Assembly (NCBI GenBank): GCA_012295275.1 | Contig: CM022667.1 | Coordinates: 9,734,001 to 9,798,000 of the forward strand | Direction of reading: 5' to 3' | Origin: Chrysomallon squamiferum | Lineage: Eukaryota > Animalia > Mollusca | Length of the DNA: 64,000 nucleotides | In this document: in pieces, positions 59,748 through 64,000 of the stretch | How the letters are laid out: every line of letters starts with the position of its first letter | How positions within the stretch are numbered: position 1 is the stretch's first letter | The notes under the pieces: generated by a model | Told to the model about the DNA's origin: nothing | The model's input: only the letters and a program-made list of their open reading frames with translations | Database searches by the model: none | Program-made: the position numbers and the translations under genes

Positions 59748-61830
59748 TCTTTATCCATCCATTTTATGCCTCTTATGTCACTGTTCCTTTCTCTCATTCT
59801 TTCTCTCTGCATCTTTTCGTTTCTGTTTTCCTGTGTTTCTTTTACTCTCCCAAAGTTTCTGTTTTTGTCTTTGTCTCTGTCTTCCTGTTTCTCTCTCTGT
59901 CACTGCATATGTCTGTCTGTCGTAATTATATATATTTTTTTTATTATTATTATTTTTTTTTCAAGTATAAAGATTTTGTTGGAAAATAACATTAATCTTC
60001 TTACATTGAAGGACATTTTCAGAATTTCTTTTCTTATCTTTCTTTTTTTTCTTCTTCTAACCTCAGTCCCTTTTAATACAAATACGCTAATTCTTCAACA
60101 CAAACCAGAATTTCTGCCGCACGTTAATCTTCTGTAATAAATTAATAATATGACGTGTTTTAAAATAGCATCAAAAGACCTACTTTTCTAAACGTGTGAG
60201 AGAAAAAAAAAAAAAAAAATAATAATAATAAAAAAAGCCCGCTGTGTTTAGTTCTGTAGATGAACTGAGTAACCGAACAATGAAAATGTCGAGTTTTAAA
60301 GTAAGTCAGTCGTCTAATTCCCTTTTCCCCATTTACCATGCAGCGAAACACAATCAGAAAACACTAATTAATTCCTCTCGTCCCTGGAGTAAATCCAGAT
60401 GAGATTTTTATTTATTGAACACTTTTAACAAGGTCGATCATCAAAAGCCATTATTTTACATTTTTGATTCTGTGAAAGCCGAAAAATTGCAGAAAGTTAA
60501 ATAAAGCGATGTATGAGGCTCTCGACGGGGTGGGTGGGTGGGTGGGGGGTCTTGTTTGTGCGTGTGGGCGTGTTTATTTCCGGTCTCGATCAGTTAAGTA
60601 GGTTTTTATGCCAGTTCAGTGAAAAGTATGTGGCAATAAAAGTCATTTTTAATTTAGTTGTTTTGTCTGGTGAAAATGTTGTTTTTTTTAGCATGTGTGT
60701 CTGCTTTGCATCACAGTGTGTCTAAAATAAAAGAAAATTAAGAATTTTTGTTGGAGTGGTTGTTAAATAGGGGAATTTTCGTAATAATAAAGTCACGTTG
60801 GATGCTTTTATTTGCGAAAGTGTCACATTTTAATCAATATAAAGGTTTTTACTTATTAAAGATATTAATTTATATCAGCATGTCACATTGTAAATTATTA
60901 AACCACCTTTTATCAGTGAATCACGTGTTGTAAGACTAAATCACGCTTGATTATTTTGTCACGTTTTATTAGTGAATCATGTTCTACCAGTTTATGTTGC
61001 TAAGTTGCAGTGGTTAAACCTCTTTCTTAAGCATGACACGTACCAAGATCAGTTTCCGGGAAAGGCTAAAATGCAGATTTAAGAGAACACAACGTCATTA
61101 AACCTTCTGTTATATATAAAACACTGACATTCCTTGTTTATATTTAACATACATATATACCTCTGTTATTTCAAGACGGTTATGCAAGTAAAACAACTTC
61201 AAGGAGATTTATTTTTAGTGAAGGACAATTATTATAAGCGTATAAGACAAGTGTACAGAGGCTGAAGGTGGAAGCAATAATCAAACGTACAAAAAGTTTA
61301 CATCGGGGCATGTGGCAAAAAAAAAAAAAAATATATATATATACATTTTCTTTACATATCTTCATGATAAATTAATTCATTTCTTCCGTGGCTGTTTCTG
61401 ATTATTTACAGTGTAAAATAGAGTCATTTCCTGTTAAAGGAAAGGTGTCTTTTCTCAGGCTTCCATTAGAAAAATTACACGAGGCAGACTTGGCAAACGT
61501 TAATATAATAAATGAAAGTCATTAAAGGGAAGTATTTTTGTTCCCCACTTCAACAAGTTCCACGTTATTACTTTGTCAAAAATTATTATATACATTTACT
61601 CGACTATTCGAAGGTGAAAAATAAAAATAAATATATTCCTTGCTTCTTCGTGAAAAAGACAAGGCAATGACGTCATAACATCGACGTCATAGCAACGGTT
61701 ATTTATCTCTAATCTGAACTTTTCTTAACTATATGTATGACGTAATAAAACCAGAGATTAAAAACGATTCGAATGTGTCTTTAAATAAAATATGCTTTTT
61801 TTTTTATTTTCCAGTTTCAAATGTGACGAA

Positions 61831-61861
<31 letters not shown>

Positions 61862-61882
61862 AAGAAGAAGAAGAAGAAGAAG

Positions 61883-61917
<35 letters not shown>

Positions 61918-62814
61918 AAAATCAATAAATGTTTGCTGCCAGAGACAGAGATGTACTTAATTGCCCGAGAAGGTCAGAAAAAAAAAAAAATCGATACGTT
62001 TATATTCTGCAGGTAGACTAAGTCAACGTTTAACTTGGGCAAACAACTATCACACGATTTATTATTAATAATGAATAACAACGTTGTAATTCAAATACCG
62101 TAAACCTTTGCACAATTTACGAAAAATAAATCAATACATTTTCTTATTATAAAAAAATGAAATATGAGAATTAATTATATGTGGGAAAAAAAATATCCGG
62201 TTATCTGAGCGTGATAGGAAGAAAAAAATGAGTACGGGAAGACAAATCAAGTCAATAAACAAATGCGTGTGCGTGTAGGAACGCACATTTATGTATACAC
62301 ACACATAGGTAAACACATTCGTACATGTCATGAACTTACGTGCATACTTAATAAAAAAAAAACAAAGAAAGACAAACACAAAATTTTGATTGTGTATGCA
62401 CACACGTTCGTAGTACATACATACATACATACATACCTACACAAACGTCAAATATGTATTATTATATACACACAAATGTGCACACATGTACATTTAAATG
62501 TACATATACATACACAGACATACATAGATACATACAAACATACATTATATACATGCATACATAAGAGCGAATAGCATACATTTTACACTGTCAGTGTCAA
62601 ATTTGAGTTAATCTGTAGGTAGCAGAAAACAGAGTAATCTCAGATTTAGCGTCCTGCACAGAATCGTTACGTTTACAGTGTGACACAGAGCTAGTAATAG
62701 AATCACGAGAGTGAGAGTCTGTTTCTTCTCTCTTCGTCTTGACAATAATTATATGTACTGGGCATTTGAGATCAGACAGGGGTGTATGTGAGTGCATTTT
62801 TGAGAAAGTGTGTT

Positions 62815-62860
<46 letters not shown>

Positions 62861-63731
62861 GGCGAATGGCTTCCATACGTTCGAGTCTCGTCAGCGGCAT
62901 CTGACAGGTTTGTGAGGTCGTGATTGGACTTTGTCCTCCTGCGCCAGTGCGTTCCCGTCTATGTGAAGAGTCTAATCAGACGTATACAAGACAGAGAATA
63001 TTCAAAATTATAAACTATACACACACACATACACACATACACATACACACACACACACACTCACATACACATACAAGAAAACAATTACAAACCATTTTCT
63101 AGAAATACAATCTAATCCTATACGACACGAATAAAGGTAACTAACTGTACAACAAACTGATGATTGCTTTTTGCCAAGGTGAAATTCAAGTAAACTGACC
63201 ACCACTCGACTCTGTTATAAACAACAAAAAAAACTCGTGTAAACGGGTCGTCTATAAAAAACAAAAAAAAAAAAAAAAAAAAACGAAGGTGATTAGTGAA
63301 GCTAGAAACACACAATGGAGATTCAATTATTCAGTTTCTGAACGATCGAAAGAGAAAAATAAAATATGAAAAACGATTTATCAATCACAACAGTCAAAAC
63401 AATTCCGCGTTGATGAACAAGAAGCAGTCGTAGATGGTATCTGAGCTTTTTGTCAGCGGGATATTCATGACAGTGTTCCAAGAGACTCAGAGAAAAGAGG
63501 CAAAAACAAAACAGTAATCTTCGTGAATTGGGTCACTGCTGATATCAGTAATAGTAAATGCATGTTTTATCAGAGGCTTACGAGTCTGTTGTTCATAGTG
63601 TAAAGTAATAGGACAGAGAAAAGGAAAGATAAATGAATGGAAAGATGTTATTAAATAAATAAATATAATGGAAAACAATTAATGGATTAGACAATCTTTG
63701 ATAATCTCTCACAAAAAAAAAAAAGCCCTTG

Positions 63732-63855
<124 letters not shown>

Positions 63856-63857
63856 AA

Positions 63858-64000
<143 letters not shown>

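Noticed and set aside
62870-62990. GC-rich patch considered as the missing RGK P-loop exon
   Set aside because: The minus-strand frames I translated contain no GxxxxGK[ST] motif or other RGK similarity.

Overview
Animal (invertebrate) genomic DNA, AT-rich and densely packed with microsatellites ((AG)n, (AAT)n, (AAAT)n, (AGAT)n, (AC)n, (ACAT)n). Nearly all ORFs in the supplied track are translations of these repeats. The style fits a mollusc or another SSR-rich protostome, but the taxon cannot be fixed from this window. Two spliced minus-strand genes were reconstructed by hand. (1) 15092->8681: a 10-exon gene for a secreted protein of about 800 aa, with a signal peptide, four atypical C-type-lectin-like domains (two phase-1 exons each), a Ser/Thr-rich linker and a C-terminal PAN/apple-like domain. 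As assembled it has two, possibly three, +1 frameshifts (assembly errors or a decaying allele). (2) 50012->39985: the last three exons of an RGK-family (Rad/Gem/Rem) small GTPase. I found no P-loop exon in the window, but an ATG-GAC-G|GTGAGT element at 53086-53080 splices in frame and would give a 174-aa RGK lacking the P-loop. Also present are a probable MITE just upstream of the lectin gene, several minisatellites and an excess of TGACGTCA. I saw no prokaryote-type system (CRISPR, operon) and no RNA gene.
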